From positions 4,640 to 61,692 of the forward strand of contig CAYFVL010000001.1 of NCBI GenBank assembly GCA_964346405.1: DNA of 57,053 bases. Direction: 5' to 3'. Under the pieces are notes generated by a model. It was not told the DNA's origin, did not search any database, and saw only the letters and a list, made by a program, of their open reading frames with translations. Below are positions 1 to 9,987 of the stretch, piece after piece; position 1 is the first letter of the stretch, and every line of letters begins with the position of its first letter. Position numbers and translations under genes: made by a program. Source of the DNA: an uncultured Fibrobacterota bacterium. Its GTDB lineage: Bacteria > Fibrobacterota > Chitinivibrionia > Chitinivibrionales > CAYFVL01.

Positions 1-428
1 AAACCTGAGTACGAGTACGAATGTTCCACCTCGGTAAAACCACCTCTTAATCAGCAAAGCGGTAATCGTACTCAGTGAACCCGCAAAGCGGGTGAACGGT
101 ACTCAGCAGAGCGAAGCGATGCGGTACTCGGAAATCGGAGTTCTTCGTTTCCGCGGGGCCATTCGAGGCTCGAGTACGAGTACCGGTCTCCTTCGCTTCG
201 CTACGGAAACCTGAGTACGAGTACGAATGTTCCACCTCGGTAAAACCACCTCTTAATCAGCGAAGCGGTAATCGTACTCAGTGAATCCGCATAGCGGGTG
301 AACGGTACTCAGCCCCAGTGGGGCGGTACTCGAGAATCGAAGGGTTTCGCGTGTGCCGGATTTTCGAGGTTCGAGTATGAGTACCGGTCTCCTTCGCTTC
401 GCCGCGAAAACCTGAGTACGAGTACGAA
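1..428. repeat. Tandem repeat with a ~201-206 bp unit: copies start at 1, 207 and 408 (third copy only ~21 nt). It runs off the window start.
   Basis: AAACCTGAGTACGAGTACGAATGTTCCACCTCGGTAAAACCACCTCTTAATCAG recurs at 1 and 207, and its first ~21 nt recur at 408. The unit flanks are near-identical and the middle (~110-170 of each unit) has diverged. Each unit carries GAGTACGAGTAC twice and GTACTC three times, which are inverted sub-repeats. The period is not consistently a multiple of 3. Confidence 0.9.
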
Positions 429-452
429 CTCGAGTTCATTGGTTCGGGAAAA

Positions 453-3400
453 TCATTCGCCCGAGAGTTTGATTTGAAACTTCTCGGAAAGCAGCATTTC
501 GACGTTCAGTCGTTCCTTGTCGGTCAAGGCTCGGCCGAAAAAGACCACCTCTGCAATATCCCCCTGAAAATAGGGTCCCATAGTGTTGTCCAACTGGCCG
601 GCGCCAAGGACAAAGTCATTGCCGCTATTGACACTGCCAAGGGTCATCGAGGTACTCCCCGGCGTACCGTCACGCCATGCTTCCACCGTAACCGAATCTC
701 CGGTGATCCCCTCGAAGGACCGGTAGGTTACAATGCACCACGTCCCCGGAGTTATTTGCAGTCCGGAGGATGCGCTGTTCTCATCAGTACAGAATCGTCG
801 ACTATCTTCATTGAGAACGGCGATTTCGCCGCTGCAGCCGATACCCAGAGCAAATCCGTCATCGACGCCCACGGAGATGAGCGCCTGCTGACTGTCTATC
901 GGTTGGGTTGTGCGAACGACGAGGCTGACGGTAAAGGCACTGCCGGCCCAGTTGCCGTAACCGAGATGATAGAGATGGCTGCGCCGGTTCATATCGAATC
1001 TGACCGCTATTTTGCCGTTGGGGCCGCCGTTTTGCAGTAGTGAGGGCGTTTTCCCTCCGATGGGCTGACTCAGGAGAACCGACGAATCGGAACTGAACCA
1101 CTGCTCTAAGGTATTGCCTCCCGAAAGAACCATGCCATCATCCGTCCCAAACCACCCCGCCAGATTCGATATTTCCGCCGGACTCGCGAAAGCGTATGCG
1201 ATATACAGTGTAACCGTGTCTCTGTGAGCGGCTTTATCCTGAGCAACCACCACAAGGGTATCCATCCGAAGCGTCGGTTTGGGAGACAGTGTAATCGTGA
1301 TTTGTCTGGTGCTGTCCAAAGCATTCCCTATAGTCGCATTTCCGCGAACGACGGTAATGCTGTGATGATCGACCAAATGGTGATCTTCGTCTTTTATCAT
1401 CATAAAGATATCCGAAGGTTCCATTACACTCCGCATGTCAACGATACCGTTCTCCAACCGGGGTAAGTCAGTCACGACAATGAGTGAACACGGACTGTCG
1501 GCCGTCGGTGCAACAAACACGGTTCTCAAAAGCGTATCGGCCGATCCCACCAGATCGGTGACCATTACTTTCACCACCCGGGATCCGGTATCCGAAACCG
1601 TTGGCGTCCAGATTACCGAATCATTCGACAGCGTAACCGTTTTCTCAAGCCCATCGAGTAGAAATTCAAAGCGGTACGGCGGTTGCCCGGAGGCCGTATC
1701 CACGTGCACCGGGATCCTCACCGGTCGGCCGACTTCGACCACTCCCGGAATTGACGATGAGGATAAAGCGAAAGAAACCGGTCCGGGTTTTTCATCACGG
1801 TCATATACATGCAGCGGCCAGACGTATCGACGGCCTAGCTGAAATCCATCCCAGAATTCGACTACAACACTGTCCAGCATTGGTCTTCTGGGGTGCCACC
1901 GAATACTTCCGTTCAGAATTTCCATTCCGCCGGGCGCATGCATCACTTGCGTAATCACCCGATCACCATCAGGATCGTATACGCCGAAAGGGAAAACATA
2001 CGTGGTGTCTACGACCAGCACCGAGGGGATCTCCGGCGGATTGACCAGCGTGGGTCGGCCATTCCTGTAAATCGTTACCAGTGTATCGGCGACATTTCCA
2101 TGTTCATCGACGACTTTAATCGCGACCTCGTTTCCCTGGGGAGTGTGCTCCAGGTCAATGTTGCGATACCAGACGTACCCTTTCGTGTTGTTTTCCAGCG
2201 AAGGCTCGGCCGGAAGGTTGTTCATCTTGAATGTCTTTATTGCGGATCCTTCATCGAACGCGATTACCTCTACACGGGCTCGAGCGGAGTCGACAAACAG
2301 CCCGTTGGCAGGTTTCCCGTCAACTCCCACCTGCAGAATAACCGGAGATCTCTCGTCGCCGGCCGAAGGGTCATATTTAACGACAATCATTTCACCGGTA
2401 AGTACCGAATCGCCCGACGCGTTTTTCGCCGATACGGTAATCAGATTCGCACCCTTTTCAGGCAGGTATACTTTCCAGTTCCATAGTCCCTGTCCGCCGG
2501 AAACCCGTTTGACATCTTTGTACAGAGAGTCGTTCACCTGAATATGGAGAATTGTGGTATCCCGCAACGGTGCATGGAGGCTTCCTGAGATATACACGAA
2601 CGGATTAGAGGCAATCGTGGTATCGCCGGACGGCACCTTCACCCTCAGGTGCACTTCCGACACCGGTTTTTTCGAAGCATCGTATCGAAGGTACACGGTC
2701 TTACTGGCTTCGTTTCTGAACCGTCGGTTGTCCATTGCCCACAATGTAGTATTCTTAACCCCCGAAAGACTGTCCAACCCTCGGAAGATCTTCACGTAAG
2801 TGTTCGAATGTGCATCGCTGTAATCGAATGATTCACCGTCGATTTTCGCCGCCTCAACCGGCATTTCTCCCCTGTCGGTGATTCTGGCGGAGAGGGCAAA
2901 TTCACTCATACCAGTCACGATGGTGTCCGACGCGTGATTCAATATTGCTATCGAGGGAGGAGTAACATCGGACAGCGAGTAGAAAAAGGGCGTTTTTGGT
3001 GAGCACGCCGCGGTGTCTTTCACGTCGGAAATCCAGACATGCCCGGTTCCTTCCGCGGGCCCGTGCAGAAGCAGCGCCGATCGGCCAGGCTTTGAGGACT
3101 GAAATCGCCGGCCGGCGCCGCCGAAATCCCAATAATATATGACATCATCGTCCGGAACCGATTGAGTGGAAAGTTCGAGTTCGACACCGTAGGCTACCAT
3201 AATTGTGTCGGATTTAAGTGGTGAACGGCAAAACGTTTTCAGTATGCGTGAGGGCTTCGTTCCGTTAACCAAATAAGCGGAGATTTCTATTTCCTGAGTT
3301 CCGGTGTCGAAAAAGGATACCTCGAATTCCGCGCTCGAGGGGAGGAGTTTCCCGCCGAGACCGGGAAGCAGCGTAGTATCCGACCAGCATCGATTACCCG

Positions 3401-3656
3401 GAGCAAAAAGTACCACCGAGTCAATCAGTTCACGAGCGGTGATTCGTATGCTCAAGGTTCCGGTCGAAAAAACCGGGATCGTATCCCTTTCCGAGAACGA
3501 CCAGGATTCGATATGAACCCCGGCATTCACCGGATCTGCGAATGGATTGCTTTCCTCCGTACACGACGGTAACAGCACGACTACGAAAATAAGGACACAT
3601 AGAACAGCCGGAAGCGAAAAACCGATGAATTCACGTTTGTTTTTCATAAGCAGCAT
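453..3656 (-). CDS. Large secreted lipoprotein with a C-terminal LamG/concanavalin-A-like lectin domain and Ig-like repeats
   Basis: Uninterrupted 1067-aa ORF. The N-terminus (MLLMKNKREFIGFSLPAVLCVLIFVVVLLPSC) is a signal peptide ending in a lipobox-like Cys. The C-terminal ~200 aa (FTVSLVVRT...DGFALGIG...FQGDIAEVVFFGRALTDKERL) fits the Laminin_G_3 pattern. Confidence 0.8.
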   Translation of the reverse strand: MLLMKNKREFIGFSLPAVLCVLIFVVVLLPSCTEESNPFADPVNAGVHIESWSFSERDTIPVFSTGTLSIRITARELIDSVVLFAPGNRCWSDTTLLPGLGGKLLPSSAEFEVSFFDTGTQEIEISAYLVNGTKPSRILKTFCRSPLKSDTIMVAYGVELELSTQSVPDDDVIYYWDFGGAGRRFQSSKPGRSALLLHGPAEGTGHVWISDVKDTAACSPKTPFFYSLSDVTPPSIAILNHASDTIVTGMSEFALSARITDRGEMPVEAAKIDGESFDYSDAHSNTYVKIFRGLDSLSGVKNTTLWAMDNRRFRNEASKTVYLRYDASKKPVSEVHLRVKVPSGDTTIASNPFVYISGSLHAPLRDTTILHIQVNDSLYKDVKRVSGGQGLWNWKVYLPEKGANLITVSAKNASGDSVLTGEMIVVKYDPSAGDERSPVILQVGVDGKPANGLFVDSARARVEVIAFDEGSAIKTFKMNNLPAEPSLENNTKGYVWYRNIDLEHTPQGNEVAIKVVDEHGNVADTLVTIYRNGRPTLVNPPEIPSVLVVDTTYVFPFGVYDPDGDRVITQVMHAPGGMEILNGSIRWHPRRPMLDSVVVEFWDGFQLGRRYVWPLHVYDRDEKPGPVSFALSSSSIPGVVEVGRPVRIPVHVDTASGQPPYRFEFLLDGLEKTVTLSNDSVIWTPTVSDTGSRVVKVMVTDLVGSADTLLRTVFVAPTADSPCSLIVVTDLPRLENGIVDMRSVMEPSDIFMMIKDEDHHLVDHHSITVVRGNATIGNALDSTRQITITLSPKPTLRMDTLVVVAQDKAAHRDTVTLYIAYAFASPAEISNLAGWFGTDDGMVLSGGNTLEQWFSSDSSVLLSQPIGGKTPSLLQNGGPNGKIAVRFDMNRRSHLYHLGYGNWAGSAFTVSLVVRTTQPIDSQQALISVGVDDGFALGIGCSGEIAVLNEDSRRFCTDENSASSGLQITPGTWCIVTYRSFEGITGDSVTVEAWRDGTPGSTSMTLGSVNSGNDFVLGAGQLDNTMGPYFQGDIAEVVFFGRALTDKERLNVEMLLSEKFQIKLSGE

Positions 3657-4409
3657 ACATATTCGGTAACAGGTTATATGTTTTTACGATGTTTGCGCCG
3701 TCGGACAATTGGCAACGAAGATTTCTTCAGAAAACAAGAATCGATTTACAGCAACACACTGTAACTACCGATTTGAGTATAAAATTCCGGGTGAGAATTT
3801 GCACGCAAGAAAACCCATTTTGTGTCGGGTAACATGCTGCCGCGAATCACATAGACAGATCGTTTCGCAGGCCGCACGATCGAATAAGCCCAAAGCAGTC
3901 GTCGGAAGCCGTTGGCACGGGCGTTGCATTGCAGCTTGAGGCGTACCATTCCAACCATCTTGAGCATGAGGATAGGTTTATGAGGTCTCTCCGGAGAATG
4001 ATCAATCCGTTGAAAAGCAGCAGCGATATTACCGTCACTGCCGACGGACGACATCGGGTACTTTTAGACCGGGGAGATAATCCGAAGACCAATTATTATA
4101 TTAATTTCAGGACTCACTTTCCGGGGAAAGTACCCTCGCGATATTTCCGTTGCAATCCATACAAAACAGTCGATAACCCGGAATCACCAGAATTCACCGG
4201 TAATTACATTTCATTCCAGGGGCCGATATCCGCAAACCAAGGTTCACGTGAATGAAGATTTCATTTCGCATTTCTGGAGACACGAACCATTGTCCCTCAC
4301 ATCCAATTGGTTGCGGGAGATTCAGTGGCGCCAATCAGACCCGAAATTCGGGAAAAGGCAGTATAACGAGAGCCACAATCCATTTAAGCGCTTGAAAGGA
4401 CCGTGTGTC

Positions 4410-7400
4410 ATGAATACCAGGAGCAACATACTCAGTCTCCTCATATCCATAGTGGCCTTCTACTCGGCGGCCGGACAAGACCATGCGCGACAGATCCCGA
4501 CCCGTTCCTGCGTGGTCTCTCAGGATACTTCGAGCTGTTACGTATTCGGACCCAAAATGTACACGGTGGGCCGCGATGTGGAAAACCTGGGAAACGTCTA
4601 TCGCATGTGTTTGAATGTCGACAGCGTGATCTCGGATTCGAAGCCAGTGCGCGTTGTACTTGCACTGGATAGATCCTCCAGCATGTGCGCTTATGCCACC
4701 AATGATCCGAACGATATCAGAATTCTTGCCGCCCATTTATTCATCGACTCACTGGCCAGTCGCTCACCCGAATCTCAAGTCGGGATTATGCCATTTTGGA
4801 CCGAGGGAGAACCCTATGAAATCCTTACCCTCGATACCCCGGAAAACATCCGGCAAATACATGAATGGATTACAACGGCCGCATGTAATCAGAGCGGTGA
4901 CGATTACCTTGACAAACAAAGCAAGGTTCTCGCGACCTACACCGGATTGGCCCTCCGAGATGCACTTGAATTCCTCGACCGGGAACCCCCCGATGTCGGC
5001 GATCGCGATCGCCATATCGTGCTGCTTACCGACGATGAATGGGATACCAATCCAAAAAATTCTGTCGATCAGACTCCGCAGGGAATACTCAATGCCTATA
5101 CGGCGGGAGGAAACCAGCTCCCTCGAATCCACGGAATTCATCTCACCGCGGGTGGGACAAACCCGCATGGCACAGAACTCGAATACATAACCCAGCAGAC
5201 CAATGGCATCTACGTCCCAAACGCCACGCCGTCGACAATCGTATCCGAGCTGCTTCACCTCCTCGGTGAAATCTATATCGAACAATATGAACGCCCACTG
5301 TCCCTCACAACCACCAATCTAACGACCGGAGACTCGGAATCGGGAAACTTCAGTTCCATAAACGAAGTAGAGAATACGTGGCTGGCCATGGGCGATCGCA
5401 TTGCGCTAACGGAGGATACCAACAAAATCGAGATTTTCCTTGAAACAAACATGGGCGAACAGCGCGACACGATCACGGTCGTTCGCACCAATTCTCCCGG
5501 CGCCGGAAGTCCCGGTGGCGGCGTGTCCACCTCATGTTTCGCGGATACCCTGCACATGCGTTTCGAAGCCTTGCCCTCGTTCCTCTATGCAAATGAGTTC
5601 ACTTCAGTTACCGCCGCGGCCGAACGGGTGGATCGCCGTCGATTTCATCCGGGGGATAACGCAGTCGTGATCCGAATACCCTACTCCGAGGTCCCTTCCC
5701 TGACCACAGCACTTCTGCATCTCGACGGCAATGTCGAAATCCAGGGGCCGGACGCCTCGGTTACGGGTGAGAACGGTCTGCAATTCACCGCCAACAACGC
5801 ACTTTTCGATACCTCACTCAGCGGAGGTACGCTCGATATCGAATCGGGTTCACTACCGGATATCTTCACCATGGAATGCTGGATTCGACTCGAAAACGGC
5901 ACCAGGAATGCAACCGTTTTCACGGCAGGCGATTTTGTACTCGATATCCGCGATCGACGCCTGAGATTCTCCACACCCAACGATACGGTTCTAAGTCATG
6001 GAACACTTGACCGCGAATGCTGGCAGCACATTGCCGTCGTACGCGAGAGTGACAATGCTGTAAGCCTATATGTAAACGGACGAAAGGACTCTCCCTCGAT
6101 AACCGACCCCACGACCGTACCCGGGACCATAACGATCGGAGACGTCGACGGATACCTGCTCGATGAAATCCGCTTCAGCAACGCGTTCGACACTGAACAA
6201 ATAGAAGGAGTCACCGTCCTGCAGCTCCAGTCGTCGGGCAACACTCGATGGATTCTGGGTACCGATACCCTTTCTCAAGGGACAATGTCGCTTCGTGAGG
6301 CCGACTGGATACGGGATTCAGTCACTTTCCAGTACTCGCTGGACTCGCCGGTTTCTTCAATTGCGCAGATGATTCATGACGGTCCCGATGAGTTTGAATG
6401 GGCAAAATCAGCCTCACCGGTAAAATTCGGCTACTATGGATCCTCCGGTATCGCGACGTTCCGTGACACCAGCGGTGACGGATATATCGATGCGATCGAT
6501 ATCGATCTTGGCCTAAACGAAGTTGCCGACTCGCTGCCCGACGGTCTTGTCGAGGTAATCACTATGACAACCCTGGGCGGACAGAGCAAGCAGTGGACGG
6601 CCGACACGATTTTTCCGATGGAGACCAATGTTTTCAGAATCACCGTTCCACAGAGTAACGACGGCATCTACGAAACGGGGTGGGAATCCGCCAGTATTAA
6701 ATTGAACGAAATTCCAGTTACTTCGGGAGGTCTTCCGGTTTCGGTGACCGAGGTATTCGACGGCGCCGGTCCGGTAGTGCGGAAAGTGGTGCATCATCCC
6801 TCATTGCGCGACGATGAAACGGATTCGTTGTTTATAACGTTAAGCGAACCGGTGCGAACGGATTCACTGGCCCCGTTCACTCCCGACAGTTGTTTCAGAT
6901 ACTACAAGAGCACCGAAGGGCATCTCGAAACGGCACTGGATGATTCCGAATTTCCGCAATGGGAAGGCGATTACGCCGGATCATTCATTGTACTGATTGG
7001 GGATCCGGACTTGGAGGTTATAGTATATGAAGATAGTCTCCAACTCACGGCACACGGAATCGACGAAGCCGGAAATACTCCTCCCGACCACCGGATTGCC
7101 CGAAAGCAGCCGATCGAACCGGGAGGCGGGAACAGAATAGAGATAGGTGTGGCGCCGTCAATCTTCAGACCGGGCTCAAACAACATCCGGACCACTCTCA
7201 ACCCGAACACCTACCGCATCTATGAAGAGGCTATCGGCGACAATACCTCCGGTACCCTTATAATTGTCAGATCGATCAAACAGCTTACGCCCGACGGAAC
7301 ATCATCGGACGGACGGCAGGCATACGGCTCAGCGGTTGTATTTGATGCCGTCGGGAATGTCGTCCAGGACGACTTGACATTAGTGCGTACCGGGCGAAAC

Positions 7401-7541
7401 GACAGCTATGCCGCTTTCTGGGATGGAAAAAACAGAAACGGGCGGACTGTAGGCAGTGGTGCGTATCTCATACGAATCAAAGCACGGGATGAAAGCGGCA
7501 CTACAGTTACCGAAGCGATAAAGGTTGGCGTCCGTGAATAA
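4410..7541 (+). CDS. Secreted vWA + LamG + C-terminal FlgD-Ig-like domain protein
   Basis: I moved the start to Met55 (MNTRSNILSLLISIVAFYSAAGQ, a signal peptide). The MIDAS motif is VVLALDRSSSM (DxSxS). The LamG block is FTMECWIRLENG...WQHIAVVRESDNAVSLYVNGR...LLDEIRFSN. The C-terminus (FWDGKNRNGRTVGSGAYLIRIKARD) is typical of FlgD-Ig-like tails. Confidence 0.8.
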   Translation: MNTRSNILSLLISIVAFYSAAGQDHARQIPTRSCVVSQDTSSCYVFGPKMYTVGRDVENLGNVYRMCLNVDSVISDSKPVRVVLALDRSSSMCAYATNDPNDIRILAAHLFIDSLASRSPESQVGIMPFWTEGEPYEILTLDTPENIRQIHEWITTAACNQSGDDYLDKQSKVLATYTGLALRDALEFLDREPPDVGDRDRHIVLLTDDEWDTNPKNSVDQTPQGILNAYTAGGNQLPRIHGIHLTAGGTNPHGTELEYITQQTNGIYVPNATPSTIVSELLHLLGEIYIEQYERPLSLTTTNLTTGDSESGNFSSINEVENTWLAMGDRIALTEDTNKIEIFLETNMGEQRDTITVVRTNSPGAGSPGGGVSTSCFADTLHMRFEALPSFLYANEFTSVTAAAERVDRRRFHPGDNAVVIRIPYSEVPSLTTALLHLDGNVEIQGPDASVTGENGLQFTANNALFDTSLSGGTLDIESGSLPDIFTMECWIRLENGTRNATVFTAGDFVLDIRDRRLRFSTPNDTVLSHGTLDRECWQHIAVVRESDNAVSLYVNGRKDSPSITDPTTVPGTITIGDVDGYLLDEIRFSNAFDTEQIEGVTVLQLQSSGNTRWILGTDTLSQGTMSLREADWIRDSVTFQYSLDSPVSSIAQMIHDGPDEFEWAKSASPVKFGYYGSSGIATFRDTSGDGYIDAIDIDLGLNEVADSLPDGLVEVITMTTLGGQSKQWTADTIFPMETNVFRITVPQSNDGIYETGWESASIKLNEIPVTSGGLPVSVTEVFDGAGPVVRKVVHHPSLRDDETDSLFITLSEPVRTDSLAPFTPDSCFRYYKSTEGHLETALDDSEFPQWEGDYAGSFIVLIGDPDLEVIVYEDSLQLTAHGIDEAGNTPPDHRIARKQPIEPGGGNRIEIGVAPSIFRPGSNNIRTTLNPNTYRIYEEAIGDNTSGTLIIVRSIKQLTPDGTSSDGRQAYGSAVVFDAVGNVVQDDLTLVRTGRNDSYAAFWDGKNRNGRTVGSGAYLIRIKARDESGTTVTEAIKVGVRE

Positions 7542-7596
7542 TGAATTCGGAATCTCCTATTTCACCCCGACAGGGAGTAGACAATTGAGACGGCTC

Positions 7597-9987
7597 ATGA
7601 GAGTTACTTTAAAAATAGTGTGTCTGGTGTGCTTTGGTATTACCTTGAGGGCAACGGCCGACGGTCTTCCGGGAGAATACCTTCTTACTCAGCGTTGGCG
7701 CGATTTGTATTCGGGACGTTCGGCCGCAAGTAATCCGGCATTTATCACCGAAGACAATTTCGTGAATGTCAGGACTACCTTTTCTCCCGTCCAGTTGACG
7801 GACGACCCTTCCGGCGATTTTCGGCTTTGGGAGGTAGGAGCGACAATCCCGATCGGTCTGTATCAGACCGCCGGACTGAGCTGGCTCGCTCAGGACGGCG
7901 GAGACATACCGGGTTACGACTTTGCCGTTGACGGTGCTCTAGAGCGGAACTCGTCAAGCATTCCTTCCCAGGAGCACTTTTTCCTGTTCAGCTACGCGAT
8001 AAATCCGTGGCGCAGATTGTCGCTCGGCGCCAACCTCAACATTGCGTATCAGAACCTTTTCGGTGATGCCTACGCCGGGCTGGGCCTTGACCTCGGAGCA
8101 AGTTACCGACTGCTCAACCATCCCCTGTTCGGCAATCATCTCTTAGGTCTCATGCTCCAGAACGCGATTACGCCCCAGACATCGGAGGGCGGCGAAAATC
8201 TTTTCGGCGACTTTTTCAAAAACTTTGCATTCTGGCGGGGAGGCGGCGAAAACCGCTATGCGGCAAACCTTCGTACCTCCTGGATTGGTTCGTTTCTCGA
8301 GGATCAGCTCGAGGGCGGAATCGATATGGATATCAAAGACATCTTCTCTCAAACCGATGAGTTCGCACGGACAATCTCCGCCGACGCCGAAGGATCCGGG
8401 GTAACTCGTCTCGAGGAAGGTACCAAGAAGATCGAATTCGATATGAATTTTCGGGTCGGGGGATGGCCGCTTAGGCGAATCGCCGCGGGATGGTTCCAGT
8501 GGGGAACCGACTATTGGGGCCTTTCGGCCGGGATCAACATTCCCATGGTCAACAGTGGTCGAGACCTGATGATTATGTACCAGTATATAAACCTTTTCGA
8601 GGAAGAGTTCACTCGAAACCACACGTGGTATTTTCGCGGAGAGTTTGGAAATCATCGTGAAGAAATCTATGCCCGTCGAATGGCTCGTCTGGCAGACGTA
8701 TTCCCCAATTCTCTTTACGAAAAGGGTATGCGTCTTTATTACCAGGGCAAGTACTGGGATGCGTATTTCGTGTTCGGGCGACTTGTTGCGCAGTATCCGG
8801 ATTTTTTCAAGAATGACTGGGTATCATACTATCGCGGTGCATCACTCGAGGCCATGGATATGCAGGAACAGGCTATTCGCGCCTATCAGGGCACAATCGG
8901 CGATTACCCGCGCAGCAAGGCGGTTAAGCACGCGGAACTGGGAATCATGCGCGTCGCCTATCTGCAGAACGACGACAACATCGTGGAACGTCAGTACGAG
9001 ACTCTCGATACCGATGAAACCCCGGACTCTCTTCGGAACCATGCTCATTACCTGATAGGCGAAAGTTTCATGAATAATGAAAACTACCACGCCGCCCGCA
9101 CCGCCTTCGAGCGCATACCTCCGGAACATCCGGATTACATTTTCGCCCAGCATTCACTTGCGGTGGCGTTCGTCCATGTTCCATCCCTGGAACAAGCGGC
9201 TCTGGCACTACAACGGTGCCTTCAGGTTCCAACGGAAACCGAGGCTCAGAAGGAAATATCAAACCGTTCGGCGCTTCTTCTCGGCTTACTTTACTATGAA
9301 CAGCAAGCGTTGTCGCAGGCTGTCAGTGCACTTCGGCTCGTGCCACAAGGAACGTACCATTACGAGGAAGCCCTCCTGGGTATGGGCTGGACAGCACTCA
9401 AAGCCCGTCAATGGAACGATTGTATTTCGGCCGGACGTGAACTGGCTGCACGTGCCGAATATGAGGAATTGCGCGCCGACGGACTTCTCTTGCAGGGATA
9501 TGCCTACCTGGTCCAGAAGGACCACCTCAACGCCGCGCGTGTTTTCGACCAGGCGGTGGACATTGCCGAAAAGCTCGATGCGCCGTCGGTGGACTCTCTG
9601 GTTGCTCGCAGGAGGCAGTATTCCCGCGACCGCGAACAGTATCGTCTTCTTGCCGGTCGTGCAAAGGAGCTGTCTCTCATGAATCCAAATTCACAAATCG
9701 CGAAAACGACCGACAGCCTTCACAAAATGCAGGAGCAACTGGAATCCAGAATGGATGAGCACAAGGACTTCATAGACAACATACAGCGGGAAATGTTCTT
9801 CTCCAGGAATATCGCGACTATCCGGGCTGATATCCAATACGCTCAGGCGGTAATTCAGAAAATCGTCAACCGTTCACAAGAGATGCGCGCTACCGACGAT
9901 GCCCGTGAGGAACAGAAAGATATCGACGAAAAGATTCGGGATCTGAAGCGGGATTTGGAGAAACTGGAAAAGGAAGAGCAGGACTAA
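7597..9987 (+). CDS. Fusion of an N-terminal outer-membrane beta-barrel-like domain (PorV/PorQ/UPF0164-like), TPR repeats and a C-terminal coiled coil
   Basis: I moved the start to Met25 (MRVTLKIVCLVCFGITLRATA, a signal peptide). The SNPAF motif and alternating beta-strand pattern (GLGLDLGASYRL) mark the N-terminal ~330 aa. TPR-like helical repeats follow (YYQGKYWDAYFVFGRLVAQYPD...). The tail is charged and coiled-coil-like (EEQKDIDEKIRDLKRDLEKLEKEEQD). Confidence 0.65.
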   Translation: MRVTLKIVCLVCFGITLRATADGLPGEYLLTQRWRDLYSGRSAASNPAFITEDNFVNVRTTFSPVQLTDDPSGDFRLWEVGATIPIGLYQTAGLSWLAQDGGDIPGYDFAVDGALERNSSSIPSQEHFFLFSYAINPWRRLSLGANLNIAYQNLFGDAYAGLGLDLGASYRLLNHPLFGNHLLGLMLQNAITPQTSEGGENLFGDFFKNFAFWRGGGENRYAANLRTSWIGSFLEDQLEGGIDMDIKDIFSQTDEFARTISADAEGSGVTRLEEGTKKIEFDMNFRVGGWPLRRIAAGWFQWGTDYWGLSAGINIPMVNSGRDLMIMYQYINLFEEEFTRNHTWYFRGEFGNHREEIYARRMARLADVFPNSLYEKGMRLYYQGKYWDAYFVFGRLVAQYPDFFKNDWVSYYRGASLEAMDMQEQAIRAYQGTIGDYPRSKAVKHAELGIMRVAYLQNDDNIVERQYETLDTDETPDSLRNHAHYLIGESFMNNENYHAARTAFERIPPEHPDYIFAQHSLAVAFVHVPSLEQAALALQRCLQVPTETEAQKEISNRSALLLGLLYYEQQALSQAVSALRLVPQGTYHYEEALLGMGWTALKARQWNDCISAGRELAARAEYEELRADGLLLQGYAYLVQKDHLNAARVFDQAVDIAEKLDAPSVDSLVARRRQYSRDREQYRLLAGRAKELSLMNPNSQIAKTTDSLHKMQEQLESRMDEHKDFIDNIQREMFFSRNIATIRADIQYAQAVIQKIVNRSQEMRATDDAREEQKDIDEKIRDLKRDLEKLEKEEQD

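Noticed and set aside
47-235. 62-aa ORF inside the left-end tandem repeat, and the 60-90 aa ORFs through the right-end array (56639..56904, 56818..57021, and the N-terminal 89 aa of 56092..56733)
   Set aside because: They are translations of repeats, giving periodic peptides such as PFRAG/SPEGAGH. They have no RBS. The repeat period is not a consistent multiple of 3. The real STAS start with family-typical sequence is at 56466.
4248-4409. N-terminal extensions of several ORFs as given in the track (4248, 7525, 11142, 16800, 18936, 22581, 28571, 39731)
   Set aside because: Internal Met codons give signal peptides or family-typical N-termini, and several have visible RBSs (GGAGG before 11073, GGAGA before 28523, GGAGGA before 39782). 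The upstream extensions have atypical composition.
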